A model generated the notes under the pieces. That model did not search any database. It was not told where the DNA came from and was given only the letters and a program-made list of their open reading frames with translations. This document shows, piece after piece, positions 1-10,975 of a DNA stretch of 64,000 nt; position 1 is the first letter of the stretch; each line of letters opens with the position of its first letter. Origin of the DNA: Lepidodermella squamata. Lineage: Eukaryota; Animalia; Gastrotricha. The stretch spans positions 992,001-1,056,000 of the forward strand of contig JBLDXI010000042.1 of the NCBI GenBank assembly GCA_047495785.1. Direction: 5' to 3'. Position numbers and translations under genes: made by a program.

Positions 1-409
1 ACAAAAATTCACCCTAAATTCAGAAAATTGTGAACAGACTTTACCTGCTATCATTGTGTCGATTTGGATGTTTTTTCGTAAAATGGCTCTAATTCTGCGG
101 GCAGTTCATTTTTCCATTTTAGCGAGAAGCCAATCCCTTAAAGAGTAAGGACTTGTTGTTTTTTCCTCATGCTGTATATTGTTGTAAGTTGATGCCAATT
201 GTTGGCACCAATCCTTCCTATACATCAGCTAGCAAACAGGATGGCAAGGCGCGAAAACTTTCCATTGTGGGCGGTTGTCTAAGAACCCTGCTGAAATTAA
301 CTTCGGCGGAAAGCTGTCGTTGTCGTTGAGGCAGAAAAAACTCGGCGGAACTTCAAGCGTAAACATCGTTTACATCGTCCTTCTTCCTGGACAGCAGGGT
401 TTGAAGAAC

Positions 410-538
410 AGGGGTACTCCGGGACTCCAATCATAGGAAGGCTAAAAAAATCCACTTGGGGACCGTTTGGTTTCTTTGACTGGGTGCTAGAAAACAAGTA
501 GAAAACACCTCAGCTCAGGGATCCTACTTCGCCCACTG
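410..538. mobile_element. Degenerate short MITE-like element, family ending GGATCCTACTTCGCGCACTG (copy 1)
   Basis: Terminal ggatcctacttcgcccactg (519-538) recurs at 10840-10859, ~27895-27914 and ~36931-36950; left boundary approximate. Confidence 0.55.
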
Positions 539-873
539 CTGGACAGGAGGGGGAAGTTTTAAATGAATGATACGTATTTAAGATGAAAATATTCACGTAA
601 ACATCTCATTCTTGAATTTAAATTTCTTCTCAATTTTGAGCCTGCTATACACTTTGCGGTAAAGAGTGTGTACTTTGAAACCAACGTGTTCTTCGGAATC
701 GTTATCATTTTCATAATCTTGTTACAAATAAATAATGCTGAAATACGCCAGAAATGTGTTAGTAATCAAAATTTTATTCAAAATTCAAATAAAATAATTA
801 TAAAACAATCACCGGAAATACAGTATGAAAGTTCAAGGGGGGCAAATTGCTTGTCATTTCTTTCTTTTCGAGA

Positions 874-2541
874 TTAGCCAGAGCTCGGACCTTTACGTCT
901 AGGTTCCGAAGCTATACGGCCGTCAGAACCAGCACTTGCAGCTATGCCAGCGAAGAAAGCTGCTGCAGCAGCTGTTCGATTATCCGCTCTTGCAACTAGA
1001 GACGGCGCAATCTTGCCAACTGCCAATGCTGCGGCGTCCTTAGTTGCGACACTCGCCGAAATTAACGTCACATTTCCAACCGTAATATTCATCGGTTGCG
1101 CAGCCAGGGCACTTGCTCGCAGAAACGCCGAAGCCACCGGCGAGTTGACAACCTCTTTCGCCACTTGTTTGCCCAGATTTTCCATGGCTAACGTAACATT
1201 TGTGGACTCGCCAGTTTTCGACCCAGCAAAGGACGCAACCATGGACATGATTCCTTGAATGCCGTTCTTCGTGCTATTCCCAGCATCAGCTGCTTTCGCA
1301 CTCGCCTGGCTAGCAAGTTTTTGAAAGGCCTGAACTGCGGCTGCCTGCAGGTTCTCCTTACCCTTAAAGTCCTGAATCGCCTGCCCGAAAAATCCATAAC
1401 CAGCCGGGACGCAAGCACTGCCGTTCGATGTAACATAGGGCGAGGTAATATTACCACCCTGAGCGTAGATTTTCAGCATATCAGTCTCGTTCAGCGCGAC
1501 ACAAGGCATGCCGTTCGCAGCCATTGGCACAAACTTGCCGACTTGGTCCTTGAAAACGCCGTCAAAGGCCTGTAATAGTCCTTGAACAGTTCCGTTCCTC
1601 GAAATATTCATCGGAATCGCAGCTTGGATCGCATCTAAATTAACATTTGAAGTTATCAAACTTGGCACGGCACTCGCAGCCGCCTGGCCGATATTCGCCG
1701 CAACCCCAGGTACGCCTTGTGCCAATCCGGACAAAGCAGATCCGTTGATTGCAATAGGAACGCGGTTGACTATGTCTTTGACCGCTTCTGGGTTTGATAG
1801 ATTCACAGGAATGAAAAACCCGGCCGTAGCATTCTTGAGAAGATTCCCGACCAAAGCGGTGAAGTTGACCTGGGGGGTGTTCCCCGCTGACTGTTGGACG
1901 TTGACTTGTACTCCTGATGATCCAACGCTAATACTGGACTGCAAACCAGCCAAATAGTTTTGTAACACTGAGCTCGGCTTTTGACCGTTTGCATTCGCCG
2001 TATTTACAGCGCCTGCAACGTTAGGATTGTTTAGCACATTGGTCAAAGTGTTAGCCGAAATGCCTTGCGCCGCCGTACCGGCTGAGTTTATGGCTGCGTT
2101 GGCCGAATTTACGGCACCCTGCGACGATGAGGTGCCTGAGTTGGCGAGGTTAGCTAAATTTTGCCCTGAGATCGCGCTGTTAACATTGCTTTGCACTGAG
2201 GAAGCAGCTGAGGCCGCGGCGCTAGCCGCGCTGTTTTTAACCGCGTCGAAATTAACCGAGGCTGTGTTGCCCAGGTTGACCACATTCGCCTGGCCTGCAG
2301 CACCAGCCGCATTGATGTAGCTATTCGCCGCAGCAGCCTGGGATGAAGCAGCATTGTTTATCAAATTGATTACGTTAGCGCCTGAAGCTGCCGCGGCTGA
2401 GCCAGCTGAGCCAGCTGCTTTCTGAGCTTGGTTCACCATATTCGCAACTTGGCTGCTGCTCGGCATGTTGACACCGTTTATCGATATTTGGGCATGGGCC
2501 TGCGAGAGGCACAACAGAAGGCCTATTACTGGTAGGAACAT
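874..2541 (-). CDS. Secreted Ala/Asn/Ser/Gln/Gly-rich low-complexity protein, 555 aa, intronless, unknown function
   Basis: First ATG of the long ORF is at 2541; signal peptide MFLPVIGLLLCLSQAHA|Q; several N-x-S/T sequons; no TM segment seen. Confidence 0.85.
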   Translation of the reverse strand: MFLPVIGLLLCLSQAHAQISINGVNMPSSSQVANMVNQAQKAAGSAGSAAAASGANVINLINNAASSQAAAANSYINAAGAAGQANVVNLGNTASVNFDAVKNSAASAAASAASSVQSNVNSAISGQNLANLANSGTSSSQGAVNSANAAINSAGTAAQGISANTLTNVLNNPNVAGAVNTANANGQKPSSVLQNYLAGLQSSISVGSSGVQVNVQQSAGNTPQVNFTALVGNLLKNATAGFFIPVNLSNPEAVKDIVNRVPIAINGSALSGLAQGVPGVAANIGQAAASAVPSLITSNVNLDAIQAAIPMNISRNGTVQGLLQAFDGVFKDQVGKFVPMAANGMPCVALNETDMLKIYAQGGNITSPYVTSNGSACVPAGYGFFGQAIQDFKGKENLQAAAVQAFQKLASQASAKAADAGNSTKNGIQGIMSMVASFAGSKTGESTNVTLAMENLGKQVAKEVVNSPVASAFLRASALAAQPMNITVGNVTLISASVATKDAAALAVGKIAPSLVARADNRTAAAAAFFAGIAASAGSDGRIASEPRRKGPSSG

Positions 2542-2869
2542 TTTTTCAAAAGAGGTCGACAAATAATGAAATGAATTGGCTTCACGTTGCGTTGAATATG
2601 CGGGGATGCCAATCCTAGAATAACATGTTCTCGGGTCACTCGGGAATCATCAATTTAACCTGTTAGTTTAACTTGGAAAAAACCGTTAAGTACAATATTA
2701 TCCATGTGGGACTGGGCCAAACGGCATTTCACAGAAAAGGCGTGGTAAATTGTAAAATCACGTGATAATATGCCCTAATTGCGGCCTCGACCACGCTACG
2801 ACCTCGCTCACAAGAATAGGAAAAAAGGATTTTTTCATTAAGGTCCAAAGTCAATAACTTGGAGATGAT

Positions 2870-3380
2870 TTGCAAGTGAAGTGGGGTTCGGCGTATATTA
2901 TATATATATTTCAGCAAACGGCAAGAAGTATGTTGACTGAAAGAGGGGGAAGGATTCTTGGATTCCTGGATGACCTTACTCAGTTTTTCTTGAGAATTTT
3001 GTATTATCGAAATGCAGACCTTTAGGAAGCTCCCGCACCCGTCTCGAAACACGACAAACCTATCCACCCCCAAAGTTGAGGAACTTGCAGAAACCAAATT
3101 TTTCGTCAATTGTTCACCTGTAAAACACCTGTAACGCACATTTTCCCAGCAACCCTGATGACTATCAATCCAGAGACACCCAGATTGCATTGGTAAGGAT
3201 GATCCCTAACATTCTTAGCGGTACTTCGCTCTCTTTATCAGCCTGTTTATGAGATCGCTCATTGAAAGAAGCAGCATCACCTTCGAACCTTCAAGCCGCA
3301 TCAATATCTCACAATTTCAAGAATTTCGCCAAAAATCCCACTTTTCACTATTTTGTGTCAGTTCTATGTGGGACATCTCA
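2870..3380. repeat. Old dispersed repeat shared with ~21030-21330
   Basis: 2950-3035 matches the reverse complement of 21031-21120; 3191-3236 (tggtaaggatgatccctaacattcttagcggtacttcgctctctt) matches 21186-21231 directly. Confidence 0.55.
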
Positions 3381-4176
3381 TGGCGCTTAGCTATAAGCTG
3401 GAGACAACATGGTTTGAGATTCTGGTCGACGTTCATATATATTCATATGATACCGTCCGCAAGAAATGCAATAAAGGTACTTTTAAATTGTCTTAAGTAA
3501 GGCTCATCCACACCTGGCACTTGCTTTGCGACCCAAAAATCAAATTTCTTAACAGAATGCAAACTCTGAACCGCAGTTAATCTTTTGATAAGATGTTTCT
3601 TTTTTGAAATTTTTAATGTAAACAACAGCGCGAGGAATTTGCGACCATTTCCCTTTTTTATTTGAGATTGTGAAATCTGTGAAAATGGACGCAGTTAATC
3701 TTAGAATTTTTTATGGATCACTCTCTAGTGTGGGAAAATAGGGTCAAAATTCTCTATGAGATATCAACCAAATTGAATAAATTTTCAAGAGTTTTTCCTT
3801 TAGATTCTTCAACTTTTTCATGAGATTGGCTCTTCACGGCATTTTGGACGGTTTACGGTCGAATAAATTGGGAAACTAACGGATCGGCCTTCCAAAAGTT
3901 CCAAAGGTTTCCAAAAGTAGCCAAAAATGACAGATGCAGGACACTCTCATACAAGCCATGGGAACCGCCGGTATTAGATCAGACCAAAATAGAGGGCGGA
4001 TTTTGTTCAATTTTTATTGGCTAGTTCTCAACCAAAAAAAAACAATTTTATTTCTGAAAAGCGCATATTAATTTCGTAGCGCCAGCTTTTTTGGTTAGTA
4101 GCCCATTTTATTTCAATTCTCCCCATATATTAAAATAAATTTAGAAGTTCAAAGAGAGTTATAAATCTGCTTCGGA

Positions 4177-5755
4177 TTAACTTGACGCCTTGGTAGAGTT
4201 AGAGTTGGCGCTAAAATTAGCCCTACCACGAGGAGAGGCTTGGAGGGTCGCAAGGTAGACAGAAGCAGCAGCTCCAGCCGCGTCCATATTCGACTTTTGG
4301 GAGATTACGGGCATCACGTCGCCTACTTTCTTGGTGTCTCCATCCGTCCTAGCCTTGGCCGTACCATTGTTCTGTGCCACTGCTCCAGCACGTTCCTGCA
4401 CAGTCTTAGACCGAGCTGCATTGATGCCATCTGTCATCTTCTTCACTAACGTATCAAGATCAACGGTTCCATCAGCGCTAGCCGTAACGTTGAACTTTGT
4501 CATCGCCTGGCCGAAAGCGCCAGCGATCTGGGCATTAGGATCCTTCTTCCGTCCGCTATCCTGCTCGTTTTCCTTGCTTTTAGCAGCAGCGGCAGAAGCA
4601 GCAGCAGCGCCAGTCACGTTGCCTGTCGCGTTGCTCGGGGCGGGGTTCTTCGGTGGTGGATTTTGAGTAATGTTTTTCAGAAGAGCTGCGACATTCGGGT
4701 TGTTAGCCACAGACCCAACAATCGCCCCACGAATCGTCTCCAGCGGCTTCATATCAACGATTTTCGGAGGTTCCTGCCTTGGGTTGGTCGAGTTCCAAAT
4801 GGCGATCAGTTGCTTCTGAATATCCGTACCTGCGGCAGTAGCCAGTTTCAGCAGATCAGGCTTTGTAGCCAGGATTTTCGAGACCTCTGTGGCGTTGACG
4901 AGTTTTAAAATTTCAGGGCTTGAAGCATTGACTGCCCATCGAACAAGATCTTTTAATCCTATAGCAGTACCGTTGGTCAGCTTAACAAGGTCGGATCCAT
5001 CAGTTTTGTTATCAGCCTTGGGAGCGTCAGTCTTCGGAGCATCTTGCTTCGGAGCATCTTGCTTCGGAGCGTCTTGCTTCGGATTCCAAAGATTGCATAA
5101 TGCGTTCACTTGAGATTTCTCGTCATTTCCACCCGCAAGTGCTGCTTTGGCCAATTCAGAGTTGGCCGCCATCGGTTTCAGAAACATGACCACGTCAGTT
5201 GTGTTGACAGCGTTCAGGAAATTATCGCATGAAGCGTTGTAAGCCAATCGTTTAAGATCATCGAACGTAATCGCAGTTCCGTTCTTGAGTTTTATTTTAC
5301 CATCGCCAGTGGCCGTTGAGGTTGGACCGGATTCTCGGACTCCAGTTGAAGCTTGACCCGAGGTTGATGAAGAGGAATCCACTCTAACAGGTTGGGCAGC
5401 AGCTTGAGCGGTCGCAATAGCTATAATCATCTTTTGAACGTTATCCGATCCAGATGTGGCAGCGAGTTTTGCCATATCAGCATTTGCAGCGATCATCTTA
5501 GCCACCTCAGCTGTGTTGACTTGCTTCAGAAAATCAGCCGCAGATGTAGTATTGGCCAGCCGCTTCAATTCATCGAAAGTTACGGTACTCCCGTTGGTCA
5601 GTGGGAATTTAACCACATTAGCTGTCGAAACCGAAGTCGAAGTCGAAGCTTGGCCATTTGCCGAGGCGATCGACAACAACACTAAGAAAAAATATCGAAA
5701 AATTCCTATTTTGACGTGGAAGTCACTTCGACTCACCGAAAATGAGAAGGCGCAT
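4177..5755 (-). CDS. Secreted glycoprotein, 507 aa, with three ~75-aa internal repeats and PKQDA pentapeptide repeats; exons 5737-5755 and 4177-5681
   Basis: ATG at 5755; 55-nt GTGAGT...TTCTTAG intron (5682-5736) splices in frame to give signal peptide MRLLIFVLLSIASANG|Q. Confidence 0.85.
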
Positions 5756-6171
5756 TTTTAGAATATTTAGAATATTACAGAGCAAGAAAAATGAGAAGGC
5801 TCCTCGATCTCCGTTGAGCTCAAGTTATGTAAAGCCAATCCTTTCACGAGCGCATTTTTTGCGATCCCGGTGTGCTCACGAACTTCGAACCTCGAGGTAC
5901 ATTTCATTTTTTCAACCCTCGTGTTTTCCCGCTGGTGAGATAGGATGGCCAAGCCTCTATGTAGATTACTCCGGATAGCCGTTCTCGCTTTGGCTGTTAG
6001 CAGTGCCAACAAGAAAATTATTGGGGCATGACCGGCCGAGGAAGATTCCAGAAAGAAATGTCAAAATTTAGGTCAACATTTTGCTAACAATCGGAATTGA
6101 TTTTACATAAGGAATTTGTTGTAAATAAGAATTTATTTTTTAAATAGCCATTGTATAGAAGTCTCATTCGC

Positions 6172-7271
6172 TTATGATTTAGCGCCCCGATCCATCAACA
6201 TTTTAACAACCTCAACTCGATTGCTACGAGTTGCAAGGATCAAAGGCGTCTCGCCATCGTTATTCTTTGCGTAGTACGACGCCCCACGGCTGAGAAGAGC
6301 CGCGACAGTCTCGGCATTCCCAACTTCAGCCGCGTAATGCAGCGCTGTATTGCCCCAAATATCTCGCCCATTCACTACAACCGACTTGGCTAGCAGAACC
6401 CGGGCTATCTCGGCTTGGTTGAACTTCACCGCTGTCATCAAAGCGCTCATCTTGTTGTTATCTGCCAGATTCGGGTCGGCTCGTTTTTCGAGCAGCGTCT
6501 CTAAGATTTGCATATTCCCACTTTGAGCCGCGATCATCAAAGCAGTTGATCCATTCCGGTTTTTCACATTCACATCAGCCCCGTTGCTGCATAGCAGGCT
6601 TACCATCTCTGAATTGCCCATCGTTGCAGCGATGATTAGACCTGTTGAGAAATCTTCGTCCTTAGAATCGACTGGAACACCCTGTTTCAACAACCGGACA
6701 ACTTCTTCAGTGTCATTCCTCGAAACAGCTGGGATGAGTAGCGAGGGATGGGGTATGCATTTCGGTGTGATTGCTGGGCGCCATTGGCCAGGTTGCAAGC
6801 ACGTGAAGGTCGATAGGACAGTGTTGGATTTCGTAACCAAAGGCGTGTAGTGCTCCTCGCAGTGAAAGAAAACCATAGAACCTATATCGAGAACAGAGTT
6901 CTCTTCCAGTTTTGTAGGCGAATCTTCGCCTGTGATTAGATCCAATTGCGTGAAGTAGCCATTTTCTACATCAGGAATCATACACTAGATAAGAAAGAAT
7001 TTTTGCGGATTTTTAGGAATTTTTTGCAAATTTTTTCTACCTTGTCTTTCTCGCATGGCCCAGCATCAGTCCATTTACCGTTGGATTGGCAGAAAACAGA
7101 CGGAGCGCCATGGTTGTTGTAGCCCGGTTCACAGATGACCTCGCGTATTGACCCTGGTGTTGTAGATCCTGGTTGGATGAAACCGTTTTCCATGGTAACT
7201 AAGCTCGGGCAGTTTTTCGCCCATGATGCTAGTAGTTTTGAACTTATAACTAGGAAAACAAAAACAAACAT
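6172..7271 (-). CDS. Signal peptide - 2x Sushi/CCP - ankyrin-repeat protein, 347 aa; exons 7041-7271 and 6172-6984
   Basis: Phase-0 56-nt intron 6985-7040; CCP motifs CPSL..ENG..CEPGY..CQSNGKW..PC and CMIP..ENG..FHCEEHY..CLQPGQW..PKC; ~5-6 ankyrin repeats (GSTALMIAA, GNTALHYAA, GETPLILA). Confidence 0.9.
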
Positions 7272-7557
7272 TTTCAGCTCTGCGTTTTCGGGCTATTGTG
7301 AAGTTTACGCTTCTGAGCACAACTGTACAAAGCACTGAGAATGGGTTCTTTTCCGCCGTGTTGCACTAAATAAGAAAAGCTCTCACGTAAATGCTTGTTG
7401 CAGTTTTCAGTGAAGGGAATGACGGAAGGCGGAAATAGCCCACAAATATGAGAAAAAACCATACTCGAAAGCTGAAAGCTTACAAATACAAAGTTAAAGC
7501 CTGAATCATAAAAGAAATGCTATATGACCAAAAAACTCGGAAAACCAAAAAACTCAT

Positions 7558-7630
7558 CCTAACCCTAACCCTAACCCTAACCCTCACTAAGCCTAACCCC
7601 TAACTCCAACACCAACTCCTTACCCTAGCC
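7558..7630. repeat. Interstitial telomere-like (CCCTAA)n tract
   Basis: About four perfect CCCTAA units (7558-7584) followed by degenerate units. Confidence 0.75.
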
Positions 7631-8039
7631 ATTGATCATTGACCAAAGTTATGCCTTCTTAAAGCTAAAAACTGAGATTCCCAATACCTATATTTTCACT
7701 CTAAAATTTAGTGGAGATAATTTCATAATGAACTACGGCTAGTTCTCAATTTTCTGATGTTTTCCCTGCATTTCGTTCCGCTACATTCCAGCATTTAGCA
7801 TTTCAGGGTTGGGTTTTTTCATTATATCATTCAATTTTATAACAGTAAACATGAACTTGAGTATTTATTTGCTTGTTTTAGTTTTTCCGCTGCAAATTTA
7901 CGGATGCTTCAAACGGCTAACTGTGAAAGTAATTACTGTTCGAATTTTCCTAATTGATTTTCGTGCAATTAACTGATACCCACAGAATGACTCTCCGCCG
8001 CCATTTTTCGAAAGCCTAGTTCTAACTTCGAGGTATGGC

Positions 8040-8885
8040 ATGAGTGAAGCATGTGCAGCTGGTGATTTAGAAACCGTAGCACAACAGCTGGAAATCCTAC
8101 GAAATTCCAGCCAGTTGGAAATCGACTGGCGAGACGACCGCCCCGAACTGGACTGCGGCCTATGCGACTGCTACAAGCTACCAACTTGCCTCCACAGAGC
8201 CGCAGCAGCGTGCGGGCCTAACGACGGAGCTGTCCAAGTCGCGAAGCTGCTCATAGCAAACGGGGCTTCGATCAACTCAAGGGAAAAACTGAACGAAGAA
8301 ACAACCTTGATGTTAGCAGCAGCGAACAAAGACCCAGATGCGAAAATGTTGATATTTTTACTGGAAAAGGGGGCTGACTCCGCTTTGAAGAACAGCCATG
8401 GAGAAACTGCGTTGATGCAAGCGGCTCATTTCGCTCCGAACGGCGAGGCAGTTCGATGGTTGATCGAGACTGGGGCTACGATTGATGACGAGAACAACGA
8501 AGGAGAAACAGCGTTGAACTACGCCACTCAGAATATCAACGAAGAGTCGCTGCTTCTGCTGATAGAACGAGGCGCTTCGGTGAATCATAAGAACAAACGC
8601 GGCGAGAGTGTGTTATACCAAGCGGTGAGTTACGGCCAGTCGAACCCGGCTTTGGTGCTTATCGATCACGGGGCTGATGTGAATGAGAGGACGGCAAAGG
8701 GCGAGACTATTTTGATGGCTACGGCTAGGAATAATAACTTGGCTGTTGCTGAGGCGTTGCTGGAACGGGGAGCTTCAATTAGCGTTAGGAATAATGATGG
8801 TAAAAATGCCCTGCAAATCGCTATTGAAAATAATTCGGATGAAATGATTGAATTGTTGAAAGAGGGTGGAGCTACCGAGGAATAA
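8040..8885 (+). CDS. Ankyrin-repeat protein, 281 aa, apparently intronless
   Basis: About 7 repeats: GETALMQAA, GETALNYA, GESVLYQAV, GETILMATA, GKNALQIA. Confidence 0.9.
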   Translation: MSEACAAGDLETVAQQLEILRNSSQLEIDWRDDRPELDCGLCDCYKLPTCLHRAAAACGPNDGAVQVAKLLIANGASINSREKLNEETTLMLAAANKDPDAKMLIFLLEKGADSALKNSHGETALMQAAHFAPNGEAVRWLIETGATIDDENNEGETALNYATQNINEESLLLLIERGASVNHKNKRGESVLYQAVSYGQSNPALVLIDHGADVNERTAKGETILMATARNNNLAVAEALLERGASISVRNNDGKNALQIAIENNSDEMIELLKEGGATEE

Positions 8886-8938
8886 ATTCGAACAGGCATG
8901 GCATTCTATTGAATCCTTTTATTTTCAAGACTATCAAT

Positions 8939-10302
8939 TTACTTCGCAGCCATAAGGGAGAATAGAGTTATATCAAGTAGAGCTACAAGAAACAATATGA
9001 TCAACATAACAATCAAATCCATAAGTCTAATCATTCTAATATGGAATTTACGACAAATCAGAAACTCCCGAACAGCAAACTCGGATTCAGAGATCATACA
9101 AGCTAGGCAAGCATAGACAGTGATCACAACTCCTGCGGCGAATTTCGCCCCGATCACCGTAACAATGTGAACATGCTCAGCTGTTTTAGGAATCATTCCG
9201 AATACTAGGGTTAAAATCACGGAATAGGCTAAAACCACTGTAACATTATAAGTGGTCCGCTCTGGGTCGCCTGGCTCAATCATCAAGCCAGCTAATTGAA
9301 TGAAAAACAGGCTAAAAGTTGGTATTATGAGGTTCCATACGTAGTAGACAGATTTTCGTTCGAATGTGAACTCGAAATCGGGTCTCGAGTAATTTTCGGT
9401 CAAGTTGTAGGACAGCACAATCCATACGTTCGACCTGTGGCCGATGAACCGCCAAATCTCGCTGTCTCCTAAAAATGAGTCTTGAGCCGTAGTGTCGACG
9501 TCGAAACCATCGATCTTGTAGCTGGCTTCGCCCGTCGTTTCGTCAGAGTCGAAAACTGCCGAACAGGTTTGAGTATCGAATGGGAACTTTTGGAAACTGA
9601 AATTCGGACAAAATATGTCGAGTCGGCCTAGGACGAACCAATAAGCTTGAGAGCCAAATGGTGAAATATACACATCCCCGATTTGCCTGTAACAGGAAAT
9701 ATTGACGAAATTGCTCAAAATATGAACTAAACCCCGTTTTCATTTGACAACAGCGTGATTTTGCGTGATTATTCAAATAGCCCCGTCAAATGAAAATGGG
9801 AATTTAGCTACATTTTTGAATTTCTTGAATTAACATACTCTTTTTGAGGTTTAGCATTGATGACAGCTGATTGATGGAGAATTGACGGTCGCCAAATTTT
9901 ATCTGGAGGCTGGGCAAAATAGAGCGATTGAGGGTCAAATGTTGAATTTGGTTCGCACAACGCTTGTCTTGTGGGAAATATATCAGCACATCGCGGCAAT
10001 CGACATGGCAGATTCCAGCTGTAATCCATGCGTACAATAAGCGAGAGGCGCTGTTCAACGTCGCTGATTTCTATGAAGCGGAAAAGATTCATCGACACAG
10101 AAATTTTGACCTTCTTCTTGAATTGAGTCGCGAGTCCAAATTCTATCGGAACGTTATCTACCGCGGCTGCTGTGCAAAATTTGAAATAAGAATCTCTGAC
10201 CTCATCTGCAAATGATTGATTGTTGAGATAATTGAATCTTTCGCTGGTAACAGCGGCGATGAAATAACTTGAAATCAGGACTGCTTCAAAGCCTCGAAAC
10301 AT
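8939..10302 (-). CDS. Divergent Cys-loop (pentameric) ligand-gated ion channel subunit A, 403 aa; exons 9839-10302 and 8939-9686
   Basis: Signal peptide; EISDVEQRLS and IWRPSI motifs; Cys-loop CPNFSFQKFPFDTQTC; FERKSVYYVWNLIIP; four TM helices with MIPKT M2-M3 loop; phase-2 GT-AG intron joins in frame. Confidence 0.92.
9733..9800. repeat. Fixed-spacer inverted-repeat element, copy 1 (intron of channel A)
   Basis: CCCGTTTTCATTTGAC-N36-GTCAAATGAAAATGGG. Confidence 0.85.
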
Positions 10303-10395
10303 TTTTTTCAAATTGTCACTTTTTTCGATCAAAAGCGAACCTTTTCAATCATAAATAATTGATTGACGCGCCGCAATTAATTTTCTACTTAAACG

Positions 10396-10475
10396 GTATT
10401 TTTCATTTGACAGGTCTAGCATTAATTTTACATAAAATATTATAGAAATGTTCAATGTCATCAAGTGAAAAGGGG
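10396..10475. repeat. Fixed-spacer inverted-repeat element, copy 2 (upstream of channel A)
   Basis: TTTTTCATTTGAC-N48-ATCAAGTGAAAAGGGG. Confidence 0.8.
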
Positions 10476-10512
10476 CTTCCACTCATTTATGAATTATTAA
10501 ACCTCAAATTAA

Positions 10513-10640
10513 TCAGCCACTCGTCATGAGCAGGGAATAATTGTTGTGAAAACTCAGAAACAATGACTGAAAAATCATTTTGAACAGGCGAAATCGTTAT
10601 TCGTGACTACGCGACAGCGAACAGAGTAAAAAATACTTGA
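10513..10640 (-). pseudogene. Relic 3' end of a fifth, channel-C-like subunit gene
   Basis: Minus strand reads RCRVVTNNDF...NYSLLMTSG* versus channel C HSRVVRIIDF...NYFSHMING*; same position relative to the inverted-repeat element as the 3' end of C. Confidence 0.55.
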
Positions 10641-10711
10641 ATACTAATCTGCAGGAGGTTGAAAACGCTTTTCAATACTCTAATACTCATAATGCCCCTT
10701 GGTATTCTAGA

Positions 10712-10859
10712 AGAAGTGGGCGCGAAGTACGGGGGGAATGAGGGGTATCGTACCCCCCAGTTCGGCAGGCCAAAGTGGAAAAACCCTCAAAAAAGCACAG
10801 GGTCATAAAATTAGGACCCAAAAATACCCCCCAATTCAAGGATCCTACTTCGCGCACTG
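10712..10859. mobile_element. MITE-like element, possibly hAT-type (copy 2 of the ...CGCGCACTG family)
   Basis: Imperfect TIRs agtgggcgcgaagta / tacttcgcgcactg; flanks attctaga / attcttga (7 of 8 match, possible 8-bp TSD). Confidence 0.6.
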
Positions 10860-10975
10860 ATTCTTGAGTTTCTTTTTCGGTTTTCAACAAGGTTCAAGGT
10901 TACAATCATTGTGACATAAAACATCAAGTATTTGATAATAATATTTTGAGAAAGACAATGTTACAAGCTTGTGGT

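Noticed and set aside
45-290. AG/GT-bounded minus-strand segment with coding-like pieces (LRDWLL..ELPAELEPFY, faintly Gypsy-like)
   Set aside because: Contains stops and frameshifts and is cut by the window edge; no family can be supported
944-2354. Several short ORFs overlapping the 874-2541 gene (likewise 4240-5761)
   Set aside because: Antisense or off-frame shadows of Ala-rich coding sequence
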